From positions 1-55,587 of the forward strand of contig CAXHJY010000383.1 in the NCBI GenBank assembly GCA_964016885.1: a stretch of 55,587 nt of DNA. The letters are read 5' to 3'. Under the pieces are notes generated by a model that did not search any database, was not told the DNA's origin, and saw only the letters and a list, made by a program, of their open reading frames with translations. Within the stretch, counting starts at the first letter, position 1. Each line of letters begins with the position of its first letter. Below are positions 30,129-46,285 of this stretch, piece by piece. This DNA is from Eledone cirrhosa (Eukaryota). The position numbers and the translations under genes are program-made.

Positions 30129-30937
30129 GTATATTTATTGATAATAACAACAATTCAAAATTTCAGTTCAAAATTGACCAATGAAAACACAAAGGGTTAA
30201 ATGCAGTTCGGTGTGTGTATATACATGTAAAACCCTTACACATATTTTACAAAAATGTATGTATAATTTGTATACGCATACTAAAAGGATGGATGCAAAT
30301 ACGAAATTTCAAGGTTAATGTCTCTGTGAGCTTACAATGCGCAGATAAGATACTTATGAAATCAAGTATATAAATATATTTTTTCATACTCACACATATC
30401 AGTACAATCACACATACACGCGCGTATATGCATAAATATACACATAACCACGAACATACAAACACACACACACCCCCACTCACATTTATATATGTGGATA
30501 TAAAATCATAAGCACATGGATATTAATTCACTCACATAAAACACTGGCACACACATTTCTAGATCAAGATACAGAAATTAGGTGGGAGGGGGGGGAGGGG
30601 TCAGTATTCAACTGTCTGAGCAAACTGTCTAATATAAATGTATCTATAAATTAAGAAAAATAAAAAAATAAAACAATAAAATATAATAAATATAATATAA
30701 TATACATACACATACAGATATATACACATACATACATGTACGCACACATAGAAATATTTACGCATACACACATACACACATACATATACAGTCATACACA
30801 CACATACACTTACACGAACATACACATACACATATATAAAGATATATATATACACACACACACACACACACGCAACACATACACACATACACATATATAT
30901 AAAAATAAATAATAAAGATATATACCTATATATATAT

Positions 30938-30986
<49 letters not shown>

Positions 30987-31382
30987 CACACACATACATC
31001 TAAATATACATACACATACATACACACATACATGTACATACATGTACATACATATACGCACATCGATATACATATATATATATATACATATATATATATA
31101 CACATACATAGACATGTAGATACATACACACACAACTTACATACACACATATATATATACATGTATATTCATACATAGAATTAGATATATAATCATACAT
31201 ACTTATGCACTTACTTATACTCATATATACAAATACATACGCATCTATATATGCATATATACATAAAAAAAACTACAACCTCACCTAACTCAGACATACA
31301 AATAAAAATAATAATAAAAAGGCATATGTATATACATACACACACGCATTAATAGAGATATATATATAGAGACACATACATA

Positions 31383-31445
<63 letters not shown>

Positions 31446-31448
31446 ACT

Positions 31449-31492
<44 letters not shown>

Positions 31493-31563
31493 GATATCCA
31501 CACACTCATATCACCATAAATACACATACAAACACCCACATATATATATATATATACACACAC

Positions 31564-31604
<41 letters not shown>

Positions 31605-31724
31605 TAAAAAACAGACATGCACATATATATATACATTAATTACACTTATATATACACATATTATATACACGTACACAACCTCACTTATACATACATACAC
31701 ATAAGTTATATTATAATAATAAAG

Positions 31725-31781
<57 letters not shown>

Positions 31782-31875
31782 TATACATACATACATACAC
31801 ATACATACATACATATAAACATATACATACATAAATACACACCTACTAATAAAGACATATATTCACACATAGACA

Positions 31876-31917
<42 letters not shown>

Positions 31918-33036
31918 TATATACATATATACACACACACACATATACACAGACACATATACACACTCACATATATATATGTGTGTGTGCGCACACACAC
32001 ATATGTACACACACACACACAAATACACATAAACACATACATATGCATACATGCACACACACACACACATATATCACATAGATACGAAGATAAACATATA
32101 AATAGAGAGACATACATATATATACAACACACATACACACACATACATACACACGCATATACATATACATATATATATACATATATATATTCCTATATAT
32201 ACATGCATACACATATATACACATACATACACATATACGTACACACATTCACATACACATACATATATAATGCATATATACACATATATACATACATATA
32301 CACACTCATATATACAGACGCAATCTTACATTCATATTTGCATGCGCATATATGTATTTTTATATTTAGATATAAATACCCAAACCTATATAGACACCTA
32401 CCTACATATATATTCATACATAGACGCTTACAAATACAGATGATAATAGTATGGGGGAAAGGGGGGGTTTGGAGAAGGGGATCAAAGTAAATATATGTTT
32501 CAAGAAACATAGAAAATTTTCCGTATTTTTATCCAATGTATGTTCTTACATATTTTCAGTGTTAGGAAATACGACAAACAAGAACCAAGGCAAAATCTAT
32601 GCATCTCAAAATAAATAAGTATATCATTAATCATATGTTAACTAAACCAAAGATAGTCAACATATTGATTTCTAAGGTGTAAATTAGTTAGGTTTATAAT
32701 ATTTGAAGCAGAATTTTGAAGTCAAACAGTAGTAGATTATTAATTACAGTATAACTAAATTAAAGTTAATAACGTTATGGTATCAATATTAGGAAATGAA
32801 TTTAGTAATAGGGAAAAAAATAAAATAAAGTATTACATCAGTAGTAGAATAAAAATTATATGTTAACTAAATTAAAAATTATATATTTATTTCAATAGTA
32901 TATGTTAATTAGGTATACAATACATAAAGCAGATACTGTATTTCATCAATAGCATAATATAATTATATGCAAATAGAAATCAAAATTAATACGCATACAT
33001 ATACATATACATACACATACACATATACATACATAT

Positions 33037-33085
<49 letters not shown>

Positions 33086-33611
33086 TACATACATACACAT
33101 ACACATACACACACACACATACACATACACATATATATATACATATCTTTTTCAAAAAAAATTGCATAGAATATATTAACTAGGTATATATCCAAAACGC
33201 ATCCCATTCTATGATTACATGACATTCTGCAATTCGTCTGTATAAGGATACTAATTTTAAGCAAATTAAAATTAAAATTTTTAGGTTGATTAAAACTAAA
33301 ACCAAATAATAAATATATTTCTAAAGTGTATATTAATTAGGTCTATAATACTAAAAATTATTTCTCTGTCATTGGATACACGATATTATTTTGTTATATT
33401 TTATCTGTAAAAGAGTTATAATAAAAGGTTTAAATAAATTAAAATTAATCTATAAATTAAATTACTAAGTATATATTAGTAATATTTAAAGGTTTTTCAC
33501 AATTTATGATTACATAATATTTTTATATTCTCATCTGTAATAAAATATTAATTAAATTAAATTTATAGGTTAACTAACATTTAAATTAAATTAATTTCTA
33601 AAATAATGTTA

Positions 33612-34670
33612 TTAATTAGGTTTATAATATTTAAATGTTTTTTTTAGTTTATGATTACACGATATAATTAATTCCTGTCGTTTATTTAATAAGATATCCT
33701 TAGACTTCATTATTTCAAATAGTTCTTGGGAACATAATCTACATTCATTTCTATTATTTTGATAAGGGGTGGCTCTTTTGAGCACACTCCAGGTCAAATC
33801 ATATTTTATATTCTTATTTTTATAACTATTGATTTTTTCTGCTAGAGATGTTGTATTAGCCAGTGCGGCATTTTTAAAACTATGCTTGTGGGTATTAAAC
33901 CTTGTCTTAAAATTGTTAGAGGTAGCTCCTATATATGAGCAAATAGAATCTTTAGTTTTAACATTACATTTATAGACTATGTTGTTAACAAGACAATTCC
34001 CTTTTAATGGGCAGTTTGCTTTGTTTCTACAGTTACATCCTTTCGTTAATTCTGTATTTGAGGAGATATTATGGTTAATTTGATGTACTGGTGGTATACT
34101 TATGGTTTTCTTACATTTATATGCATTATATGCACTTATATTTTGTTTTATGTTATTTGTTGTAGAGTATGAGAATTTAACTGTAGACCTATTTAAGATT
34201 TGATGGTATTTGTGGTTTGGCGGGAAGTTTTTCTCAAGGATATAAAAAAATTTTTTAGCAATATTATCCTTAACTTGTAAATTAAAAGGAGCATTATACC
34301 AAGTAACCCGTCTATTACGGTTTCTATGTTGTTTATTATTTTTATTATTTTTATAGGTTGTATCGTGATTTTTACTAGGAGGATTAATGTTAATGATCTC
34401 CCCACAACTATTTTTAGTTATATTTGTAGATTTAGGTGTTTTATCTTTTTTATTAGGAGTTTTATTATTAATATTTATTATAGTTGTATGATGAGTAGTT
34501 TTTTGAGAGTTACTATACTTTATATTAGAAGATTTAGTATTTTGGGGTATAGTGTGGGTGGCATTTAGGTGTGTACTTTTCATTTGGTGTTTGTTGGTAA
34601 TATTATGTTGTATGCTTTCAGTATTTTTAGTAGAAGGTATATACTCTAATCTATTTTTGTGGCCACTTCT
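33612..34670 (-). pseudogene. 5'-truncated family A ORF (linker plus GIY-YIG)
   Basis: The 323-aa tracked ORF is nearly identical to the C-terminus of the intact ORF. Confidence 0.9.
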
Positions 34671-35353
34671 GTGTGTGTGTTTGTATGTTCGTGGTTATGT
34701 GTATATTTATGCATATACGCGCGTGTATGTGTGATTGTACTGATATGTGTGAGTATGAAAAAATATATTTATATACTTGATTTCATAAGTATCTTATCTG
34801 CGCATTGTAAGCTCACAGAGACATTAACCTTGAAATTTCGTATTTGCATCCATCCTTTTAGTATGCGTATACAAATTATACATACATTTTTGTAAAATAT
34901 GTGTAAGGGTTTTACATGTATATACACACACCGAACTGCATTTAACCCTTTGTGTTTTCATTGGTCAATTTTGAACTGAAATTTTGAATTGTTGTTATTA
35001 TCAATAAATATACTTCATTATTTCTGAAGACGGCGTATATATGTGTTTGGTATGTATATTTAATCTTGATAATTTGTATAATTTTGTATAATTTTGTACA
35101 TAGATCTGTTGAATATGCATACCAATTATAACACATATATATCCTAGAAACGATCGTTAAATAATGAACTTTTTTTGTTTAATATAAGGAATTGTTTATT
35201 CATTATTTGTTTAATATTTTATCTTGACTCTGTATACCGTTTATCTTTCACCGAAAGTCGTTTTTCATTACATCTCTTCTTTCCATGATATCCGGAATAC
35301 ATTGAGTTCTTCATACGGATTGGACACTACCGTAAACTCTTGGTAGATTTATC

Positions 35354-35356
<3 letters not shown>
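34671..35356 (+). mobile_element. Inverted arm of A3 with full terminus ...gtagatttatctac
   Basis: Reverse complement of about 29921-30470 plus the terminal ~135 bp. Shares A3-private variants (tracked peptides 30006..30200 and 34942..35136 are identical). Confidence 0.9.
35014..35168 (+). ncRNA. Type I hammerhead ribozyme (family A)
   Basis: Same fold as the other copies. Confidence 0.78.
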
Positions 35357-35388
<32 letters not shown>

Positions 35389-35432
35389 GTATATATATAT
35401 ATACGTATATATATATATATATATATATATAC

Positions 35433-35466
<34 letters not shown>

Positions 35467-35648
35467 CGTATATATATACGTTATATATATATATAACATA
35501 TATATATACATATATATATATACGTATATATACGTATATATATACGTATATATATATATATACATATATATATATACAATTATATATATATATATACGTA
35601 TATATACATATATATACATATATATATACGTATATATATATATATACG

Positions 35649-35679
<31 letters not shown>

Positions 35680-35755
35680 CGTATATATATATATATATAT
35701 ATATATACGTATATATATATATATATATATACGTATATATATATATATATACGTA

Positions 35756-35813
<58 letters not shown>

Positions 35814-35909
35814 TATATATATATACGTATATATATAAATATATATACGTATATGTATATATATATATATATATACGTATTTATATATATATATATATAT
35901 ATACGTATA

Positions 35910-35945
<36 letters not shown>

Positions 35946-35946
35946 C

Positions 35947-36002
<56 letters not shown>

Positions 36003-36003
36003 C

Positions 36004-36071
<68 letters not shown>

Positions 36072-36090
36072 GTATATATATATATATGCG

Positions 36091-36128
<38 letters not shown>

Positions 36129-36318
36129 CGTATATATCTATATATATTCTATATATATATATTGGTATATATATATACGTATATATATGCGTATATATAT
36201 ATATATACGTATATATCTATATATATACGTATATATATATATATATATATATATATAGGTATATATCTATATATATATACGTATATATATATATATACGT
36301 ATATATCTATATATATAC

Positions 36319-36351
<33 letters not shown>

Positions 36352-36372
36352 TATATATCTATATATATATAC

Positions 36373-36432
<60 letters not shown>

Positions 36433-36433
36433 C

Positions 36434-36471
<38 letters not shown>

Positions 36472-36501
36472 GTATATATATATATATATATATATATATA
36501 C

Positions 36502-36583
<82 letters not shown>

Positions 36584-36668
36584 TACGTATATATATATAT
36601 ATATATATACGTATATATATATATATATATATATATATACGTATATATATATATATATATATATATAC

Positions 36669-36734
<66 letters not shown>

Positions 36735-36825
36735 GTATATATATATATATATATATATATGATATATATATATATATATACGATATATATATATACGATA
36801 TATATATATATATATATATATATAC

Positions 36826-36857
<32 letters not shown>

Positions 36858-36874
36858 GTATATATATATATGCG

Positions 36875-36923
<49 letters not shown>

Positions 36924-37078
36924 GTATATATCTATATATATTCTATATATATATATTGGTATATATATATACGTATATATATGCGTATATATATATATAT
37001 ACGTATATATCTATATATAAACGTATATATATATATATATATATATATATGGGTATATATCTATATATATATATACGT

Positions 37079-37164
<86 letters not shown>

Positions 37165-37165
37165 G
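35357..37165. repeat. (TA)n array with TACG and barcode interruptions
   Basis: Directly visible. Confidence 0.97.
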
Positions 37166-37749
37166 TTATTCCGAGTTGAATCGGAGGTAACCACAGTAAG
37201 TAAGGTACTCAATACATAGCAGAGTATAATAGTTTTAATATAGAAGAGATTCTACAGGACTAGAACTGTTTCATTCATTAGAAATCATCAGGAATCTGGG
37301 TATCAAAAAATAAATATGGTATTTATAGGTCTCTACAAGTGGTAGGAGAGGGTGGGGAGTGGGATGGGTGCAGGTCATTGGTTGATAGAGAAGGGAATTC
37401 ATTAAAGGCTAATTCTACATAGCTATAGTTAAATTATATTTATTTATGTTTTTAGAGTAACAAAGGCAGACAGAAATGCTATAAACAAGTTCCGGATGGC
37501 ATACCATTCCTTGTCAATAAGTTTCTCTTAAGCTAGCAGATGTCTATAAAATCAGTGGGGGGTCATTCATGCTCGATAGAATTAAAGGAAAGGGAGATTC
37601 TTTAAAAGCTAAAGTCATTAAGTTCTGCTAAGTGACAAAGGTCTAGGGAATTCTGCAGACAGATTCAAAATACTGAGTGCATATCTTACTATTATCTTCG
37701 AACTTCTCTTAAACTAATCAACAATATGCCAAATCAACAGACACATTCA

Positions 37750-37788
<39 letters not shown>

Positions 37789-38011
37789 ACACCTAAAAAA
37801 AAAAAAAACCAAAAAAACACACATACTCACTCACACACTTACGCGCAACCATAAACACACACATAAACACAAATACACACATAAAAACACACACACATAT
37901 ATAAAAAAGTATATAAATATATACAAATATATATTCATGTACACGCACATACATACACATATACATACATACATACATATATAAAATACATATACACATA
38001 TACATACGCAC

Positions 38012-38093
<82 letters not shown>

Positions 38094-38210
38094 CACACAC
38101 ATACACATACATATATACACATATATATATATATATACACACACATACACACACACACACATACATACATATATATATACACATATATATACACACATAC
38201 ATATATATAC

Positions 38211-38253
<43 letters not shown>

Positions 38254-38258
38254 CATAC

Positions 38259-38291
<33 letters not shown>

Positions 38292-38426
38292 CACACACAC
38301 ACGGATACACACACATACACATACATACACACATACACACATATATATATACACAAGTGAATACACTCACACGCATACATACAAACACGAGTATACATAT
38401 GTATAAATATCTATACACACACACAT

Positions 38427-38492
<66 letters not shown>

Positions 38493-38553
38493 ATATACAC
38501 ACATACACATACATACACACACACATACACATATATACACATACATACACATA

Positions 38554-38594
<41 letters not shown>

Positions 38595-38604
38595 ATATAT
38601 ACAT

Positions 38605-38651
<47 letters not shown>

Positions 38652-38712
38652 TACATACACACACACACATATACATACATATATATATATCTCTCTAAAC
38701 ACACACATACAA

Positions 38713-38751
<39 letters not shown>

Positions 38752-38915
38752 TATATACACATGTATATATATATATATATATACACACATATATATATAT
38801 ATACATACATATATCCATACATACACAAACATACACATGCATACACAGACCTATACATAAATATACACATATATATACAGAGATATAACGCACAAATACA
38901 CACACATATATACAT

Positions 38916-38949
<34 letters not shown>
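37166..38949 (-). mobile_element. Inverted arm of family C PLE (3' UTR, HHR, full terminus)
   Basis: Reverse complement of about 42360-43287 plus 44374-45210, with an extra ~60-bp terminal segment. Confidence 0.9.
37247..37297 (-). ncRNA. Type I hammerhead ribozyme (family C)
   Basis: agattc-CTGATGA-tttctaatgaat-GAAA-cag-ttctagtc-ctg-TA-gaatct. Confidence 0.8.
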
Positions 38950-38952
<3 letters not shown>

Positions 38953-40920
38953 AATGATGAGAAGTTCGGCTTCAAAACGAATAAGACACCACCCACCAAC
39001 AGCCTACTCCAACCATTTGAGGAAGACCTCTTCAAGATGATCAAGGATATTAAATTCCGTAGAGCCACCACACCATTCCAGGCCTACTTAAATGCCGAAT
39101 TACGGAATATAAAAAAATCCCCTAATCTTTATGTCTCCTCCGATAAAACCAAAAACGTTTATGAGGTAGACCCACAGACCTACAATAAGCTGGCAAAAAA
39201 TACCATCACGACCACCTACAAAAAGGTAATAGAGAGGGCGCTGACTGAGACAAACGCGGCCGGAAAAGAAATCGCCAAGTCCCTTAAATTACATGACCGA
39301 ACCGAACCTTTAAGGGTAAAGACCCCGCACTTTACCCTGAAGGACCATAAGGGAAACTTCCTCAACAAACCTTCAGTCAGACTTATCAACCCCACTCGCT
39401 CTGACATCGGCTCTATCAGTAAGAAGATCCTGGATAGAGTTCTACCATTATTGCGGGCGGCCTCACCACTTCCACTCTGGAGTAGAACATCTGAGGCAAT
39501 ATCATGGTTCCAAGAATTACCCGATAAACACCACACTCGCTTCCTGCAACTCGACATAGAAAACTACTATGCCTCTATCTCGGAGCCCCTCCTGAAGGAC
39601 GCAATTAACTTTGCCAGGAATTTTACCACCATTACCGATGCCGAGCAAGTTATTATCCTCCACGCTCGTAAGACCTTTCTATACCACGATGGATCTTACT
39701 GGATCAACAAGAAATCTCAGACCCCATTTGACGTTAGCATGGGGGCGAGTGACTCGGCTGAAATTAGCGACCTTGTGGGCCTGTACATCCTACATAACCT
39801 GAAGAACCTCTTTACCGGCCTTACTGGAGGTTTATACCGAGACGACGGCCTCTTCGCCCTGCATAAGGTTAGCCCCAGAACCACCGATGGGTTTCGGAAA
39901 AACTTAAGCTCTTTCTTCTCTAATCTAGGATTTAGTATTACTATAGATTCTAATTTGACTAGGGCCAACTTCTTAGATGTCACTCTCGACCTAGATACTT
40001 CCCTCTATTACCCGTACCACAAACCTAACGAGTCCCTTAAATATATTAATGTTAATTCAAACCACCCCCAAAACATTACTGATAACCTAGTAAAAAGCGT
40101 CTCTATTAGAATATCTGGCCTCTCCGCCAACAAAGATATTTTTAATGCATCTGCCTCCTACTACAATGACGCCCTAGCCCGTAGCGGATTTAAAGATAAG
40201 ATAACTTACCTAGAAACCACCGCAAAATTGCAGAGGAGGAATAGACATAGGCAGATTAGCTGGTACAACCCTCCCTTCAATAGAGAGGTATCTACTCCGA
40301 TAGCTAGGATTTTCTTCACTTTACTGAAATTACACTTCCCCATACAACATAGGTACTACACCATCTTTAATAAGAACACTATAAGACTGTCTTACTCCAC
40401 CACACCTAACCTAGCTAGGAATATAGCCAACCACAACTCTAAACTAAATAAGCCAACCACCTCCGAAACCAATCCCCGGACTGGGGCTCTATGTAATTGC
40501 CTAAATAAGGAAACATGCCCACTAGAAAACAAATGCCTCACAAACGACATCGTATACAAATGCGATGTCATCTCGGGCACCGAGGATTGCAAAAAAACTT
40601 ACATCGGCATGACATCCAACACCTTTAAGACCCGCTGGTATGCCCATACCCACTCCTTCAGAAGACCGGATAAATCAAACCAAACAACACTCGCCTCCTA
40701 CGTTTGGGACCTCAAAAGGAACTCCACCCCCTTCACGCTTAATTGGAAAATACTCCAGAAAGCGCGCTCTTACGACGGAGGACACAAGGGCTGCGACCTT
40801 TGTATTTCAGAGAGTTACGAAATTTTATTCGCCAAGGGCCCGCTACTGAACAAACTCTCTGAACACTGCCCGAATTGCATGCACAAGAACTTTGCAACAT
40901 TCAAACACTTTAAGCCAGTG
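38950..40920 (+). CDS. PLE reverse transcriptase, CxCx5C linker, GIY-YIG endonuclease (N-terminus truncated; frame stays open to 42957)
   Basis: [65 protein letters not shown]...[20 protein letters not shown]. Alignable to the family A protein throughout. The end coordinate marks the end of homology, not a stop. Confidence 0.88.
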
Positions 40921-41240
40921 TTTAAAGCCCGATGGCTAAAAACGACCTCCCCCTATTGGCCCCTATACCTCCTCCCCACCCTACCCCCACCCCTCCTCAA
41001 CCTGAAATACGGCCACTATGGTCATGTGAGTACCTCTTTTGTATCTACTTTTTCTGCCTGTAGAGGTGTCTTTATGTGCCTGTGTATATGCGTATATTTA
41101 CTGAGTACCTATTTACTTGTATGTGTATATATTTGTTTGTATATGTGTATATGTGTATGTGTTGTGTGTGTATATATATATATATGTATGTGTATGTGTA
41201 TATATATATGTATGTATATATATATATATATATGTATGTA

Positions 41241-41287
<47 letters not shown>

Positions 41288-41425
41288 ATGTATATATGTG
41301 TATATATACATATGTTTGTGTGAATACGTGTTTTATGTGTGTATATTTATGCAGGTATATGTTTGTATGTGTCTGTATTTATGTTTGTATGTATGTATGT
41401 ATGTGTGTGTATGTATGTATATGTA

Positions 41426-41482
<57 letters not shown>

Positions 41483-41619
41483 GTATATGTACGTATATGT
41501 ATGTGTATGTATTTGTGTGTATGTATGTATGTGTATGTATATGTATGTTTGTATATGTGTGTGTGTATATATTTGTCTGTATATATGTGTGTATGTGTAT
41601 ATGTATGTGTATGTATATG

Positions 41620-41657
<38 letters not shown>

Positions 41658-41723
41658 TATGGATATATATATATATATATATATTTATGTGTATATATAT
41701 ATATATGTATATATATGTGTATA

Positions 41724-41765
<42 letters not shown>

Positions 41766-41803
41766 CGTGTGCGTGTGCGTGTGTGTATGTGTGTATATGT
41801 GTG

Positions 41804-41853
<50 letters not shown>

Positions 41854-42104
41854 GTGTATATGTATGTGTTTGTATGTATGTATATGTATATATGTGTGTA
41901 TATATATGTGTGTGTATTTGTGAGTGTATATGTACATATATGTGTGTGTGTGTATGTACGTATGTGTATGTATATGTATGTGTATATGTATATGCATGCG
42001 TGTATATATATATATGTATATATATGTATATATATATATGTATGTATGTATGTGTATGTGTATGTGTGTGTATGTATGTATTTGTATGTGTCTGTGTATA
42101 TATG

Positions 42105-42195
<91 letters not shown>

Positions 42196-42280
42196 GTGCA
42201 TGAGAGAGAGAATGTGTGTGTGTATATATATTTTGTGTGTGGGTGTGTGTATGTGTGTATGCACGCGTGTGTGTGTGTAA

Positions 42281-42312
<32 letters not shown>

Positions 42313-42328
42313 ATGTGTGTGTGTATGC

Positions 42329-42392
<64 letters not shown>

Positions 42393-42556
42393 ATGTATAT
42401 ATGTGTGTGTATTTGTGCGTTATATCTCTGTATATATATGTGTATATTTATGTATAGGTCTGTGTATGCATGTGTATGTTTGTGTATGTATGGATATATG
42501 TATGTATATATATATATATGTGTGTATATATATATATATATATACATGTGTATATA

Positions 42557-42595
<39 letters not shown>

Positions 42596-42656
42596 TTGTA
42601 TGTGTGTGTTTAGAGAGATATATATATATGTATGTATATGTGTGTGTGTGTATGTA

Positions 42657-42705
<49 letters not shown>

Positions 42706-42715
42706 ATGTATATAT

Positions 42716-42756
<41 letters not shown>

Positions 42757-42817
42757 TATGTGTATGTATGTGTATATATGTGTATGTGTGTGTGTATGTA
42801 TGTGTATGTGTGTATAT

Positions 42818-42897
<80 letters not shown>

Positions 42898-43034
42898 ATG
42901 TGTGTGTGTATAGATATTTATACATATGTATACTCGTGTTTGTATGTATGCGTGTGAGTGTATTCACTTGTGTATATATATATGTGTGTATGTGTGTATG
43001 TATGTGTATGTGTGTGTGTATCCGTGTGTGTGTG

Positions 43035-43068
<34 letters not shown>

Positions 43069-43074
43069 TGTATG

Positions 43075-43123
<49 letters not shown>

Positions 43124-43240
43124 GTATATATATGTATGTGTGTATATATATGTGTATATATATATGTATGTATGTGTGTGTGTGTGTATGTGTGTGTATA
43201 TATATATATATATGTGTATATATGTATGTGTATGTGTGTG

Positions 43241-43291
<51 letters not shown>

Positions 43292-43633
43292 AAATAACGA
43301 AACGAAATTAAATTTCGTTTCGTTTGTAACTCACTTTTGTATGACTGACGCTTAAACAATTAAGTTAAAGATGTACATCCATATATGTATACTGAAATAC
43401 TAGTATGTATATGAATACACACACGTATACATATGTAGATGTACCAAGTTTTTTTCACTGGTCACTTTACTGTGAGTGGCCAGCTATTCTGTATGTAAAC
43501 ACACAGACAAACCGGTTGAACCGGTACTTACTCACACTCTGTGCGGATTAGTCTGCCCACTACTAATTTTCATAGAAAAAGCATATAACGATATGTGCTT
43601 TTACGATTCTCTAGAGAGGCCGGAAGATAGGTA

Positions 43634-43678
43634 AATATTGCTGATGAGTTGTAACAACAACGAAACTAGTTCAATATT
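43634..43678 (+). ncRNA. Type I hammerhead ribozyme (468-bp repeat, copy 1)
   Basis: aatattg-CTGATGA-gttgt-aaca-acaac-GAAA-ctag-TT-caatatt. Canonical core, palindromic stem III. Confidence 0.92.
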
Positions 43679-44101
43679 CCTTGTCTGGCTTTCTGGAGAA
43701 TAGAGGAAAGGTGTTTCCTCAAAAACCAGTATGACTCTAAAAACCGGTTTGTCTGTGTGTTTACATACAGAATAGCTGGCCACTCACAGTAAAGTGACCA
43801 GTGAAAAAAACTTGGTACATCTACATATGTATACGTGTGTGTATTCATATACATACTAGTATTTCAGTATACATATATGGATGTACATCTTTAACTTAAT
43901 TGTTTAAGCGTCAGTCATACAAAAGTGAGTTACAAACGAAACGAAATTTAATTTCGTTTCGTTATTTGTTTTTATCGTCTCCGTTGAACCGGTACTTACT
44001 CACACTCTGTGCGGATTAGTCTGCCCACTACTAATTTTCATAGAAAAAGCATATAACGATATGTGCTTTTACGATTCTCTAGAGAGGCCGGAAGATAGGT
44101 A

Positions 44102-44146
44102 AATATTGCTGATGAGTTGTAACAACAACGAAACTAGTTCAATATT
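44102..44146 (+). ncRNA. Type I hammerhead ribozyme (468-bp repeat, copy 2)
   Basis: Identical to 43634-43678. Confidence 0.92.
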
Positions 44147-44372
44147 CCTTGTCTGGCTTTCTGGAGAATAGAGGAAAGGTGTTTCCTCAAAAACCAGTAT
44201 GACTCTAAAAACCGGTTTGTCTGTGTGTTTACATACAGAATAGCTGGCCACTCACAGTAAAGTGACCAGTGAAAAAAAACTTGGTACATCTACATATGTA
44301 TACGTGTGTGTATTCATATACATACTAGTATTTCAGTATACATATATGGATGTACATCTTTAACTTAATTGT

Positions 44373-44434
<62 letters not shown>

Positions 44435-45141
44435 GTGTGCGTATGTATATGTGTATATGTATTTTATATATGTATGTATGTATGTATATGTGTATGTATG
44501 TGCGTGTACATGAATATATATTTGTATATATTTATATACTTTTTTTATATATGTGTGTGTGTTTTTATGTGTGTATTTGTGTTTATGTGTGTGTTTATGG
44601 TTGCGCGTAAGTGTGTGAGTGAGTATGTGTGTTTTTTTGGTTTTTTTTTTTTTTTTAGGTGTGGTTTTTTTTTTTTTTTTTTTTTTTTTGTGAATGTGTC
44701 TGTTGATTTGGCATATTGTTGATTAGTTTAAGAGAAGTTCGAAGATAATAGTAAGATATGCACTCAGTATTTTGAATCTGTCTGCAGAATTCCCTAGACC
44801 TTTGTCACTTAGCAGAACTTAATGACTTTAGCTTTTAAAGAATCTCCCTTTCCTTTAATTCTATCGAGCATGAATGACCCCCCACTGATTTTATAGACAT
44901 CTGCTAGCTTAAGAGAAACTTATTGACAAGGAATGGTATGCCATCCGGAACTTGTTTATAGATTTCTGTCTGCCTTTGTTACTCTAAAAACATAAATAAA
45001 TATAATTTAACTATAGCTATGTAGAATTAGCCTTTAATGAATTCCCTTCTCTATCAACCAATGACCTGCACCCATCCCACTCCCCACCCTCTCCTACCAC
45101 TTGTAGAGACCTATAAATACCATATTTATTTTTTGATACCC

Positions 45142-45192
45142 AGATTCCTGATGATTTCTAATGAATGAAACAGTTCTAGTCCTGTAGAATCT
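45142..45192 (+). ncRNA. Type I hammerhead ribozyme (family C)
   Basis: agattc-CTGATGA-tttctaatgaat-GAAA-cag-ttctagtc-ctg-TA-gaatct. GUA cleavage triplet. Confidence 0.8.
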
Positions 45193-45210
45193 CTTCTATA
45201 TTAAAACTAT

Positions 45211-46089
<879 letters not shown>

Positions 46090-46242
46090 ATAAATGCTCT
46101 GAAATAGCGATATATATGTGAATATAGACATAGAATATTCGAAAATATTCTGTATGTTTATAATAAACATTTTGAAGACCTAATCGCTATAGAATAGAAT
46201 ACGTCACGTATTACAATTAGATTCTCGATAAAAGCAAGGGAA

Positions 46243-46285
46243 GTAATCTACGCGTTTCATTCTCGTTAGAAATCATCAGGACTAC
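46243..46285 (-). ncRNA. Type I hammerhead ribozyme (310-bp repeat, copy 1)
   Basis: gtagtc-CTGATGA-tttct-aacg-agaat-GAAA-cgcg-TA-gattac. Confidence 0.88.

Larger units (their letters stand above)
29921..34670 (-). mobile_element. Family A copy A3, 5'-truncated, short terminus
   Basis: Colinear with A2 from taaaatattaaacaaat to ggccacttct. Confidence 0.92.
43288..44373 (+). mobile_element. Candidate non-LTR retrozyme: 468-bp monomer, ~1.8 tandem copies (43515-44373) with an inverted 5' arm (43288-43517)
   Basis: Direct repeat with period 468 and one HHR per monomer. 43288-43517 is the reverse complement of 43742-43971. Non-coding, inserted in (TA)n, and absent from the homologous site in the family C inverted arm. 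Confidence 0.85.
38950..45210 (+). mobile_element. Family C PLE (Hydra-clade-like), slightly 5'-truncated, with a microsatellite-rich 3' UTR interrupted by a retrozyme
   Basis: RT+GIY-YIG ORF, long UTR, HHR at 45142-45192, ends in (TA)n. Confidence 0.92.

Noticed and set aside
43601-44251. Duplicated 60-aa ORFs (43601..43783 and 44069..44251)
   Set aside because: They are antisense to the HHR strand, use non-ATG starts and show no recognisable motif. They are a by-product of the 468-bp repeat.
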